From Gammaproteobacteria bacterium (GTDB lineage Bacteria; Pseudomonadota; Gammaproteobacteria; Eutrophobiales; Eutrophobiaceae), in assembly GCA_030835405.1 (NCBI GenBank), contig JAURPG010000021.1, forward strand, positions 4,422 to 68,421: DNA of 64,000 bases, read 5' to 3'. Made by a program: the position numbers and the translations under genes. Of this stretch, positions 20,895-29,454 are shown piece after piece. How positions within the stretch are numbered: the stretch's first letter is position 1; the number at the start of each line of letters is the position of its first letter. The notes under the pieces are model-generated. The model made no database searches and had not been told where the DNA came from. It was given only the letters and a program-made list of their open reading frames with translations.

Positions 20895-22829
20895 ATGAGC
20901 CTGTCTGAATATCGCAAGCATTTTTTCGTGGTTTTCGGGATTACCTTCCTGGTATATCTCTGGAGTACACCTGAAACAGTTCAATTTGAGGATGATGGCC
21001 TGTTTATTATGGCCGCCTACTTTAACGGAATAGCCCACCCACCAGGCTATCCACTCTATACCATAGTAGGTCATTTCATGAGTAAGCTGCCCATAGGTAG
21101 CGTTGCATTCAGGATTCATTTGCTAAGTGGTGTATTTGCCAGTCTCGCCTGCGGCCTGATCTGGTTATTGACATTTAAGCTGTTAAATAACAGGGATTCA
21201 GCCTACTTGGCAAGCTTAAGTTTTGGATTCTCAGGGATATTCTGGTCCCAGGCGATTATCGCCGAGGTATATACATTAAATATTTTAATAATAGTATTAA
21301 TATCCTGCTTGTTGATACAGTACTGCAATCACGAGGACCCTCGCTCATCCATTAAAATACTTCGTTGGACAGGATTGATTTACGGATTTGGTTTAAGTAA
21401 TCATTGGCCAATTCTGATCCTCTCCACACCTATGTTTTTAATGCTTGTCTGGAATGTCAGGCAGCGCCTGGTCTGTCAGTTATGCCACGTCTTACCATTT
21501 GTTATGATTGGGCTATTACCGTATGTGTGGATGATATACCGGTCGCAGATGAATCCTGATATCAGTTTTTATGGTCCGATCTCTTCGTGGCGAGATTTCT
21601 TGTATATTATTTCCAGGGAAGGTTATCAGCAGATGGATAATAGTCCTACTGCAGGTTGGTGGGATAAAATGATGTTCGGCCGCTATGTTTTATTTGATGG
21701 CTGGAGGCAATTTGCCCCTGTAGCATCTCTATTCGTTGTTGCAGGATTATTTTCACAATGGAGATTGTTAGGGTTTAAACATTCTATTGCTCTGTTGGCG
21801 GGTTATTTGGGAAATACAGTTATCCTGATTTTATTATTAAACTTCGATTATGATATGAAGCATCAAATCGTTTTTCGAGTCTATCCCCTGGTGGCTTATT
21901 TTATTATGTCTGTCTGGCTGGCCTGTGGGTTTCAATATGTAATTTCTATACTTAATAAAAATTTTCAACCGGTATGGTTTATTCTATTCTTGAGGAAGGC
22001 TGGGGTATTCATTCTGTGTACAGTTACGTTTTTTAATAATGTATCTGCCAACTACAGGGCAAACGATGAATATGCAGATAACTATTCAAGGGTAATATTG
22101 GGTCAACTCGAACGGGATGCAATATTTATCGTTAATTCAGACTTTACTGTATTGCCTGTAGGCTATTTAAACAAAATTGAAGGTGTTAGAGATGATGTAT
22201 TACTTTATCAGTCATATGGTCTAATCTTTAATAACAGGTTATTTCGTGGCGACAACCGGATGACTGAACAGGAACGCATAGCAAAACTCACGGGATTTAT
22301 TCAAGATGTTGATAACCCTGTGTATAGTGAAGCTATATTCCCACATCAGTTTGCGGTTGATTATTATGGCTTATACATAAAGTTAGATAAAAACCGACCG
22401 GTAGAGTCATTTAATTTTGTATTTAACCAGTCCATATATAATTATTTTCTTCAATTATTTTCATCTCCTAAACCTGTGGATCCATGGAGTTTGATGCTCT
22501 ATCGATATCAACGTCGGGATTTTTGTTTTTTAAATACTGGCCTGGCTAGTTTTGCGCTAGCACAGGATAAACGTGAATTCTTTCAGGATATGGTCAACCA
22601 ATATTGTCAAAATTTCTATGGTGCACTGGGACAAATCGATGCGATGTTATTAGGGGATGGGCATCTAACCCCGGAATTTGACTGGCAACTATTCAGGCAT
22701 TTGCTTGACCTGGCGGTAACACAAGATCAACAGGCAATGAATCTTAATGAATTGATTTTTATAGAAAAATTGAAAAATTTGGGGATTGACAGGGGGTTAT
22801 TAACAGACCCTGGTAAGAATGGTTCGTGA
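20895..22829 (+). CDS. Second DUF2723/TMEM260-like GT-C glycosyltransferase
   Basis: EDDGLF, AHPPGYPLY, FWSQAIIAEVYTLN, GLSNHWP, EGVRDDV; clear paralog of the preceding gene. Confidence 0.82.
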   Translation: MSLSEYRKHFFVVFGITFLVYLWSTPETVQFEDDGLFIMAAYFNGIAHPPGYPLYTIVGHFMSKLPIGSVAFRIHLLSGVFASLACGLIWLLTFKLLNNRDSAYLASLSFGFSGIFWSQAIIAEVYTLNILIIVLISCLLIQYCNHEDPRSSIKILRWTGLIYGFGLSNHWPILILSTPMFLMLVWNVRQRLVCQLCHVLPFVMIGLLPYVWMIYRSQMNPDISFYGPISSWRDFLYIISREGYQQMDNSPTAGWWDKMMFGRYVLFDGWRQFAPVASLFVVAGLFSQWRLLGFKHSIALLAGYLGNTVILILLLNFDYDMKHQIVFRVYPLVAYFIMSVWLACGFQYVISILNKNFQPVWFILFLRKAGVFILCTVTFFNNVSANYRANDEYADNYSRVILGQLERDAIFIVNSDFTVLPVGYLNKIEGVRDDVLLYQSYGLIFNNRLFRGDNRMTEQERIAKLTGFIQDVDNPVYSEAIFPHQFAVDYYGLYIKLDKNRPVESFNFVFNQSIYNYFLQLFSSPKPVDPWSLMLYRYQRRDFCFLNTGLASFALAQDKREFFQDMVNQYCQNFYGALGQIDAMLLGDGHLTPEFDWQLFRHLLDLAVTQDQQAMNLNELIFIEKLKNLGIDRGLLTDPGKNGS

Positions 22830-22861
22830 CAATTTTTGTCAGAATCAGACCTTATTAGGTC
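22827..22861. promoter_or_regulatory. Putative PilR upstream activator sites
   Basis: Palindromes TGACA-N5-TGTCA (22827-22841) and GACCT-N4-AGGTC (22848-22861), ~55-90 bp upstream of the sigma54 -24 box; TGTC cores are typical of PilR sites. Confidence 0.6.
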
Positions 22862-22914
22862 AAAGACCTGTGGGGCAGAAATATTAAAGTCATACAATTC
22901 AAATAGTTAAATAG

Positions 22915-22930
22915 TGGCATGATTTTTGTA
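22915..22930 (+). promoter_or_regulatory. Sigma54 -24/-12 promoter of pilA
   Basis: TGGCAT-GATTT-TTGTA versus consensus TGGCAC-N5-TTGCW, 75 nt upstream of the pilA ATG. Confidence 0.7.
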
Positions 22931-23004
22931 TATTCTATTGTCATGCATCTGTAGAATTGGTGCTAATAAATTTCCATATAACAACAAGACGAGGAGTCTT
23001 AATT

Positions 23005-23424
23005 ATGAAACAACAAGGTTTTACATTAATCGAGTTGATGATCGTGGTTGCCATTATCGGTATTCTTGCCGCTGTGGCTATACCGTCCTATCAGGATTAC
23101 ACTGCGCGAGCACAGGTAACTGAGGCTGTTTCGCTGACCGCAGCTTTCAAGACAGGACTTGCAGAATATTATTCGGATCGTGGTACATGGCCTGCTAATA
23201 TTACCGCAATCGGTTCAACCACATCAGGTAAGTATGTTGATACTGTAGCACTCACAGGTGCTTCTGGTAGCACGATTACAGTACAGGCAACCATGAAGTC
23301 TACAGGTGTTAATGCAGCCATCCAAGGCAATACCCTGAATCTGGCAACCACTGACGGTGGTCTGCAGTGGGATTGCTCCGGCGGTACCCTGGATTCCAAG
23401 TACAGACCAGGTACCTGTAAGTAA
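23005..23424 (+). CDS. pilA: Type IVa major pilin
   Basis: GAGGAG RBS; [32 protein letters not shown] prepilin motif; C-terminal disulfide loop WDC...PGTCK. Confidence 0.95.
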   Translation: MKQQGFTLIELMIVVAIIGILAAVAIPSYQDYTARAQVTEAVSLTAAFKTGLAEYYSDRGTWPANITAIGSTTSGKYVDTVALTGASGSTITVQATMKSTGVNAAIQGNTLNLATTDGGLQWDCSGGTLDSKYRPGTCK

Positions 23425-23444
23425 GATAGTTTCAATTCTATCTG

Positions 23445-23476
23445 AAAAAAGGCCACTTTATGTGGCCTTTTTTTTT
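23445..23476 (+). terminator. Rho-independent terminator after pilA
   Basis: AAAAAA-GGCCAC-TTTAT-GTGGCC-TTTTTTTTT. Confidence 0.9.
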
Positions 23477-23499
23477 AAGTTGTATAATGATCCTGTTTT

Positions 23500-25374
23500 A
23501 TGCGTTTAGCCAATAAACAGCTTTTATTTCCTGCTCTGCTTTGTTTGACAATTGTGGTCTACTGGGGAGGATTAGATAGTCACTTTATCCTTGATGATTT
23601 TTATAATCTCCAGGGTCTCTCTGAGGTTGATAAGCATGGTTATCTATACTATATCTTCACAAATGGATTTGCAGGGGCAGGTGGCAGGCCAATCTCATTA
23701 TTAAGCTTCGCCGTACAGCATTCCTCTTGGCCAGATTTTCCAATTGATTTCAAAATAATAAATTTAATCATACACCTGATTAATGGATTATTAATCTATG
23801 GAATATCAGGATATATATGGCGCCTGACAGGCCAAAAAAAAGAAAATGCTTTCTTATTTCAAATAATCGTAGCTGGACTCTGGTTGCTTCATCCCATTCA
23901 GACCAATACCGTTCTGTATACTGTCCAGCGTATGACGCAATTGTCAGCTTTTTTCTGCTTTCTTGGGATGTTAGCTTATATCAAGGCACGAACGAAGTAT
24001 GAGGTGCCACCATTACGTTGCGCAATATTTATATATTTATCTGTCTTTGGATGTACCTTACTTGCCGTATTGAGCAAGGAAAACGGCATCCTGTTACCGC
24101 TATTTATAATGTTGTTTGAATGGTTGATTTTTACGGGTAGGCAAAAACAACCAGCCATACGAAAACATGTGTTTATTGCGACCGGGTTACCGATTGTTAC
24201 ATTTCTTGGTTACTTATTCCTCAAGCGAGAAGGCTTGATTCAGGCATTTGATATCAGGGTATTTACAGCTGGCGAACGAGTTATGACTGAATTCGTGGTA
24301 TTGATGGATTACATCAGACATATCCTGTTGCCCAGACCTTCAACCTTTTCATTGTTTCATGACAATTATCCTGTATCTACCGGGATGTTGGAACCAGGCA
24401 CTACATTAATGGCATTAGTCCTTTTAGCATCACTAATAATCATATCGTTATATTACAAAAAAAAATATGTAATCCCCGCGTTTGGAATGTTGTTTTTTTT
24501 GACTGGACATGTCCTCGAAGCAGGACCACTAAGTTTGAATTTGTATTTTGAACATAGAAATTATCTTCCATCCATGGGGATCATGTTGATTCCGGGCTTT
24601 ATTGTCGCAAACGGCTGGCAGCATAATAAATTTAAAATATCAAAACTGTTGTTTATTACATTTTATTTAATCTTGCTGACAGGCATAACTTATGAGCAGG
24701 CCAGGCTTTGGAGCAATTCACTAAATCATCTGACAGTTTGGAGCCAAAATAATCCTGGCTCAAACTCGGCGCAAAATGCACTCGCCACAGAATATGTGCG
24801 ACTACATGATTTTGAAAATGCTGAAGAGATCCTTAATGGCCTGGCTGCTAATAATAAAAATGATATCTATCCATTAATTCGACTATTTCATGTTCAATCT
24901 TGTTATACACAAAACATTGACAGGGCAACGGCGACAGCAAATGCGTTGCTTGACCGATCGGTTAAGGAGCTAAATTATAATTTGGCATCACTTTCTGCCT
25001 TTGATATTTTGCTATTGGACATTACCAATGGCAATTGTCCTCAAGTGGATACTGAATTATTGGAGGACATATTCACCATACTGATAAATAATCCAGACTC
25101 TAATCTTGATAAAGGGATATTATATGAACTGCTTTCAACATTGACGTTTTTTCAGGGTGATATCACAGCATCATTCAGTATTTTACGGAAATCAATATCA
25201 ACGAGATTTGATATTGAGACCAGGTTGAGAGAAATTTATTTATTAGAAATGTTAGGACGATTCGAAGAAAGACAAGATGCAGTAATACGGTTAGAGCAAG
25301 ATTTGGCAACAAAACCAATATTACTGGCGGCAATAAAGAATCGATTATCAGTCTTTAAAGAGAATACAAATTAA
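23500..25374 (+). CDS. TMTC-like GT-C membrane glycosyltransferase with C-terminal TPR-like region (candidate pilin glycosyltransferase)
   Basis: FILDD first-loop motif, GRPIS, NLIIH, LHPIQTNTVLYTVQRM, SKENG, FEHRNYLPS, then W..L and helical repeats. Confidence 0.75.
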   Translation: MRLANKQLLFPALLCLTIVVYWGGLDSHFILDDFYNLQGLSEVDKHGYLYYIFTNGFAGAGGRPISLLSFAVQHSSWPDFPIDFKIINLIIHLINGLLIYGISGYIWRLTGQKKENAFLFQIIVAGLWLLHPIQTNTVLYTVQRMTQLSAFFCFLGMLAYIKARTKYEVPPLRCAIFIYLSVFGCTLLAVLSKENGILLPLFIMLFEWLIFTGRQKQPAIRKHVFIATGLPIVTFLGYLFLKREGLIQAFDIRVFTAGERVMTEFVVLMDYIRHILLPRPSTFSLFHDNYPVSTGMLEPGTTLMALVLLASLIIISLYYKKKYVIPAFGMLFFLTGHVLEAGPLSLNLYFEHRNYLPSMGIMLIPGFIVANGWQHNKFKISKLLFITFYLILLTGITYEQARLWSNSLNHLTVWSQNNPGSNSAQNALATEYVRLHDFENAEEILNGLAANNKNDIYPLIRLFHVQSCYTQNIDRATATANALLDRSVKELNYNLASLSAFDILLLDITNGNCPQVDTELLEDIFTILINNPDSNLDKGILYELLSTLTFFQGDITASFSILRKSISTRFDIETRLREIYLLEMLGRFEERQDAVIRLEQDLATKPILLAAIKNRLSVFKENTN

Positions 25375-25379
25375 AGAAT

Positions 25380-26237
25380 ATGAATAAAAAAATAAGCATT
25401 ATTCTGCCTGCCAGAAACGAATCAGTTTCTCTTGAAAAGTTGATTCCTGAACTGAAACAAGAGTTTTCTAATATCGAAATAATTATTGTAAATGATGGCT
25501 CTACAGACCAGACGTTAGAGGTCGCTCAAAAACATGATGTGCAAATTGTTAATCATCCCTATCCCAAGGGTAATGGTGCTGCGGTTAAGTCCGGTGCCAG
25601 GGCAGCCACAGGAGATATTCTTGTGTTTATGGATGCAGATGGCCAGCATCAACCTAAAGAAATACAAAAACTACTGGCAAAAATGGTTCAGGGTTATGAC
25701 ATGGTGGTTGGCTGTCGTTCAAATAAGGCACAGGCAAATTGGATGAGACTGATTTTAAATAAAGTTTATAATTTTCTCGCGTCATGGATAACTGCTCAAA
25801 AAATTTATGATTTAACGTCGGGCTTCAGGGTCGTTGACGCCATGAAATTCAAAGAGTTCCTGCATTTACTGCCAAATGGTTTCTCCTATCCAACGACTAT
25901 TACAATGGCATTTTTTCGTGCCGGTTATAGTATTTCATATACTAATGTTGATGTGCTGCAAAGAACCGGCACAAGTCATATCCGACCGATTAAAGATGGG
26001 GTGAGGTTCTTTTTGATTATCTTCAAGGTTGGGACACTATACTCACCATTAAAATTTTTTGTCCCCATAAGTTTTATTGTGTTTATTACTGGCGTTTCAT
26101 ATTACCTATACACTTTTTTTACCCAGGGAAGGTTTACAAACATGAGTGCCTTGCTGATAACAACATCTCTTTTAATATTTTTTATTGGAATTGTTTCAGA
26201 GCAGCTTACGATGTTGTTTTACAGGGACAAGAAGTAA
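25380..26237 (+). CDS. GT2 polyprenyl-phosphate glycosyltransferase with two C-terminal TM helices
   Basis: ILPARNE, NDGSTD, GNGAAVKSG, MDADGQH, DLTSGFR, GFSYPTT. Confidence 0.85.
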   Translation: MNKKISIILPARNESVSLEKLIPELKQEFSNIEIIIVNDGSTDQTLEVAQKHDVQIVNHPYPKGNGAAVKSGARAATGDILVFMDADGQHQPKEIQKLLAKMVQGYDMVVGCRSNKAQANWMRLILNKVYNFLASWITAQKIYDLTSGFRVVDAMKFKEFLHLLPNGFSYPTTITMAFFRAGYSISYTNVDVLQRTGTSHIRPIKDGVRFFLIIFKVGTLYSPLKFFVPISFIVFITGVSYYLYTFFTQGRFTNMSALLITTSLLIFFIGIVSEQLTMLFYRDKK

Positions 26238-26509
26238 AGAAAAGCAAGCGCTCGTGCTAATAAATCAGATTTATCTGTCTATTCAATATATCTAAATTAA
26301 CCGATATAACAGTAGCAGAAATAAAGATAATATCTGTAAAAGAAACTGGAACAGTATTCAGGTTTAAAAGATATATGCATTTTCATTCTATGACTGGGGA
26401 AAGTTAATGATTAATAAACTGCCGGGTTTGATGTCTTACGGTTGGTGATAATATAATTTTATTGTTTTTTAATTTAATACTCTTTTACGGGTACTAAAAG
26501 ATTTAATCT

Positions 26510-27709
26510 ATGAAAGTACTGGTTGTCACTTCGACATTTCCCAGGTGGGACTCAGATACAGAACCATCATTTGTCTTTGAACTTTGCAGATATTTGTGTG
26601 AACAAGGCATGCAAATAGACGTTCTGGCGCCGCATTGTCATCAAGCTAGGAAATATGAACAAATGGATGAAGTTCGGGTTTATCGCTTCAGTTATTTCAT
26701 CCATCGCTGGCAGAACCTGGCATACCAGGGCGGGATAATGGCTAAACTCAGGAGCCATCCGACCAATTATATGCAAGTCCCCTTTTTCATTGTCGCTCAA
26801 TTATTTGCTGTTATAAATCGTTTAAGGTCAGAAAAATATGATGTGGTCCATTGCCACTGGCTCATACCTCAGGGACTGGTATGTGTATTAGCCAGGTTAT
26901 TAACAGGTAAAAAACAGACAGGACTTGTATGTACATCACATGGAGGAGACTTGTTTTCATTAAAGAACAGAATATTTGTTTATTTAAAGCGCTTTATTAC
27001 AAAAAATATTGATGAGTTATATGTGGTGAGTAATGCGATGATGGATTACGCATTATCTTTAGGTATAAATGCCGAAAAAATATCCGTTAAGCCTATGGGG
27101 GTTGATCTCAAATACCGGTTTAAAGCAGTTGAAACTGTTCAGCGTGATCAAAACAGGATTATCTTTGTTGGCAGACTGGTTGAGAAAAAAGGCGTGGAGT
27201 ATCTTTTGGATGCATTTAACCAGGTAAAGCTGAATCATCCTGATTCAAGATTGTTGATTCTAGGTGATGGACCATTGCGTCAAAGCCTGGAAATGAAATC
27301 TAAAATGCTGGGACTTCATAATTCTGTACAATTTATGGGTGGCATCAGCAGTGAAGAGTTGGCTGCATACTATAGCTCTGCAGGTATAGCCGTTGTACCA
27401 TCCATTATTACTCCATCCGGAGACCAGGAAGGTCTGGGATTAGTGATTATTGAGGCCATGGGCTGTGGTTGTGCGGTGGTTGCCACAGATTTGCCGGCAG
27501 TGCGAGATGTTATAGATGAAAAAACAGGTGTACTGGTTCAACCCGGTAACGCAAATCAACTGGCAGAAAAATTAGTCTTTTTGATTAACAACCGAGATTA
27601 TCGAAAGCAAATTGCAGTAAGAGGAAACGAGCAAGTGAATAGTCATTTTAGTTGGGATAACTGTGGTCAACGTTATTATAAAGCGTTGATGGAGTTTAAA
27701 CGCGACTAA
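26510..27709 (+). CDS. GT4 glycosyltransferase
   Basis: TSTFPRW, HWLIPQG, FVGRLVEKKG, EGLGLVIIEAMGCG. Confidence 0.9.
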   Translation: MKVLVVTSTFPRWDSDTEPSFVFELCRYLCEQGMQIDVLAPHCHQARKYEQMDEVRVYRFSYFIHRWQNLAYQGGIMAKLRSHPTNYMQVPFFIVAQLFAVINRLRSEKYDVVHCHWLIPQGLVCVLARLLTGKKQTGLVCTSHGGDLFSLKNRIFVYLKRFITKNIDELYVVSNAMMDYALSLGINAEKISVKPMGVDLKYRFKAVETVQRDQNRIIFVGRLVEKKGVEYLLDAFNQVKLNHPDSRLLILGDGPLRQSLEMKSKMLGLHNSVQFMGGISSEELAAYYSSAGIAVVPSIITPSGDQEGLGLVIIEAMGCGCAVVATDLPAVRDVIDEKTGVLVQPGNANQLAEKLVFLINNRDYRKQIAVRGNEQVNSHFSWDNCGQRYYKALMEFKRD

Positions 27710-27736
27710 TCCGGGTTTAGTGTTTAGTCCTGTGAT

Positions 27737-28723
27737 TCATCTGTTATCATTATGCCAGTTCCATGCGCTGGTTAATATGGTATCTAGATCTGAATTCTGA
27801 GGGTTAAAGCCAAGTTCCTGTTTGGCTTTACTTGCATTTGCAACCAGAGCAGGGGGGTCTCCGGGACGACGGGGGGAAATACAGGTTTTTATCGGTTTTC
27901 CTGTTACCAGCTTTGCCGCATTGATGATTTCCTGTACCGAATAACCTGTTTCAGATCCAAGGTTATAAAAGCCTGAAGGATTACCTTCCTGTAAATATTG
28001 TAATGCCCGAAGATGGGCATCGGCGAGATCATTTACATGAATATAGTCTCGAATACAGGTACCGTCAGGCGTCTCGTAATCATTTCCATATATTTCTATT
28101 TCAGGTATTTTGCCATCTGCAGCGTTAAGGATTAGTGGTATCAGGTGTGTTTCAGGGTCGTGTGAATCGCCTATCTCGCCATCCAGATCAGCCCCTGCAG
28201 CATTAAAGTAGCGTAGCGAGATAAACTTTAGCTGCCCCCCTGCAGCCAAATCTTCCAGCATGGTTTCGATGATGGCTTTAGTATTGCCATAGGGATTTAC
28301 GGGTTGTTTTTTATGAGATTCTGTTAAAGGTAATGTATCAGGTTCGCCGTATACTGCGCAGGTACTTGAAAAAATAAACTTCTCAATACCATGTTCTAGC
28401 ATGACCCGAAGCAGTGTATATGTACCAACAACATTATTTTGATAATAAAGTATGGGGTTGTTGACAGATTCACCAACATAGGCAAATGCAGCAAAATGCA
28501 TGATTGCATCAGGCTGATATTTTTTTATAACCTCACCCAGCCTGTCAGGGTCAAGGATGTCGCCTTTTTCCAATGGTCCCCATTTCACGGCCCAGTCATG
28601 ACCTCTGGATAAATTGTCATAGACCACAGGTAAATACCCAACATTGGCCAGGAGTTTACAGGCATGGCTACCAATATAGCCTGCACCGCCGGTGACAATG
28701 ATAGTTTTATTTTCTGCAGTCAT
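27737..28723 (-). CDS. galE: UDP-glucose 4-epimerase
   Basis: TGGAGYIGSH, HFAAFAYVGESV, FSSTCAVYG, YGNTK, LRYFNAAGA, DGTCIRDYIHV. Confidence 0.93.
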   Translation of the reverse strand: MTAENKTIIVTGGAGYIGSHACKLLANVGYLPVVYDNLSRGHDWAVKWGPLEKGDILDPDRLGEVIKKYQPDAIMHFAAFAYVGESVNNPILYYQNNVVGTYTLLRVMLEHGIEKFIFSSTCAVYGEPDTLPLTESHKKQPVNPYGNTKAIIETMLEDLAAGGQLKFISLRYFNAAGADLDGEIGDSHDPETHLIPLILNAADGKIPEIEIYGNDYETPDGTCIRDYIHVNDLADAHLRALQYLQEGNPSGFYNLGSETGYSVQEIINAAKLVTGKPIKTCISPRRPGDPPALVANASKAKQELGFNPQNSDLDTILTSAWNWHNDNR

Positions 28724-28787
28724 TGAACAAAAAAATATATATATCAGTTAGTTGAAGTGTTAAGAAGTATGCAATCATACCTCAATT

Positions 28788-28851
28788 CAGAACATAAGTA
28801 ATTGACAGGATAATAACCATTGTTTTATGTTCTGTAAAACAGAACATAAAA
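28788..28851 (+). promoter_or_regulatory. Sigma70-type promoter with overlapping 13-bp-arm palindromic operator and an upstream half-site
   Basis: TTGACA at 28802; TTTTATGTTCTGT-AAA-ACAGAACATAAAA at 28823-28851; CAGAACATAA half-site at 28788. Confidence 0.8.
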
Positions 28852-28860
28852 GGCGAAGAA

Positions 28861-29412
28861 ATGTCCTTATTTGATGGATTAATTACGTCAAAGATGCGGG
28901 TGAGAATACTCATGCGGTTATTTCTTAATCCCGATCAACAGGTATATATCCGCGAACTGGCGGATGAAATGCAGGTCTCTCCCAGCCAGGTCAGTGATGA
29001 ACTTAAAAAGTTATCTGAATCAGATCTATTGCATGCAAAAAAAGTAGGACGTCAGATTAATTTCAGTGCGAATCAAGCCCACCCCCTCTACCCGGAATTA
29101 CATTCAATGGTTAAAAAGTCGCTTGGGATGGACACGATACTGGATAGTATTCTTGAGCGACTTGGTAATGTTGAAAAGATTTTGTTATTAGACGATTACG
29201 CCATGGGAAAGGATACAGGAATTATTGATCTCGTACTTGTAGGAAAAATAGATAAGGAAAACCTGGACGACATCGTAAATAAAACCGAGAAATACCTGAA
29301 GCGTAAAATCAGGACACTAATATTAAGCTTGAATGAATATTTGAAACTTGAAGCAGATTTAAGGAAACGTCCTATGCTGGAATTATGGAATCAGAATAAT
29401 ATCAGCTCCTGA
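28861..29412 (+). CDS. ArsR-like winged-helix regulator fused to a degenerate minimal nucleotidyltransferase domain
   Basis: LITSKMRVRIL...YIRELA wHTH; C-terminal LLDDYAMGKDTGIIDLVLVG. Confidence 0.8.
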   Translation: MSLFDGLITSKMRVRILMRLFLNPDQQVYIRELADEMQVSPSQVSDELKKLSESDLLHAKKVGRQINFSANQAHPLYPELHSMVKKSLGMDTILDSILERLGNVEKILLLDDYAMGKDTGIIDLVLVGKIDKENLDDIVNKTEKYLKRKIRTLILSLNEYLKLEADLRKRPMLELWNQNNISS

Positions 29413-29454
29413 TATTTGAGATATCTGATAAAGGTTTATTAAAGAATTATATAT

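Noticed and set aside
26238-26509. AT-rich gap between GT2 and GT4, possible gene remnant or sRNA
   Set aside because: No convincing ORF, repeat or stable structure visible
28861-29412. MNT-HEPN toxin-antitoxin or defence module
   Set aside because: No HEPN or other toxin gene is adjacent and the GS motif is lost; treated as a regulator instead
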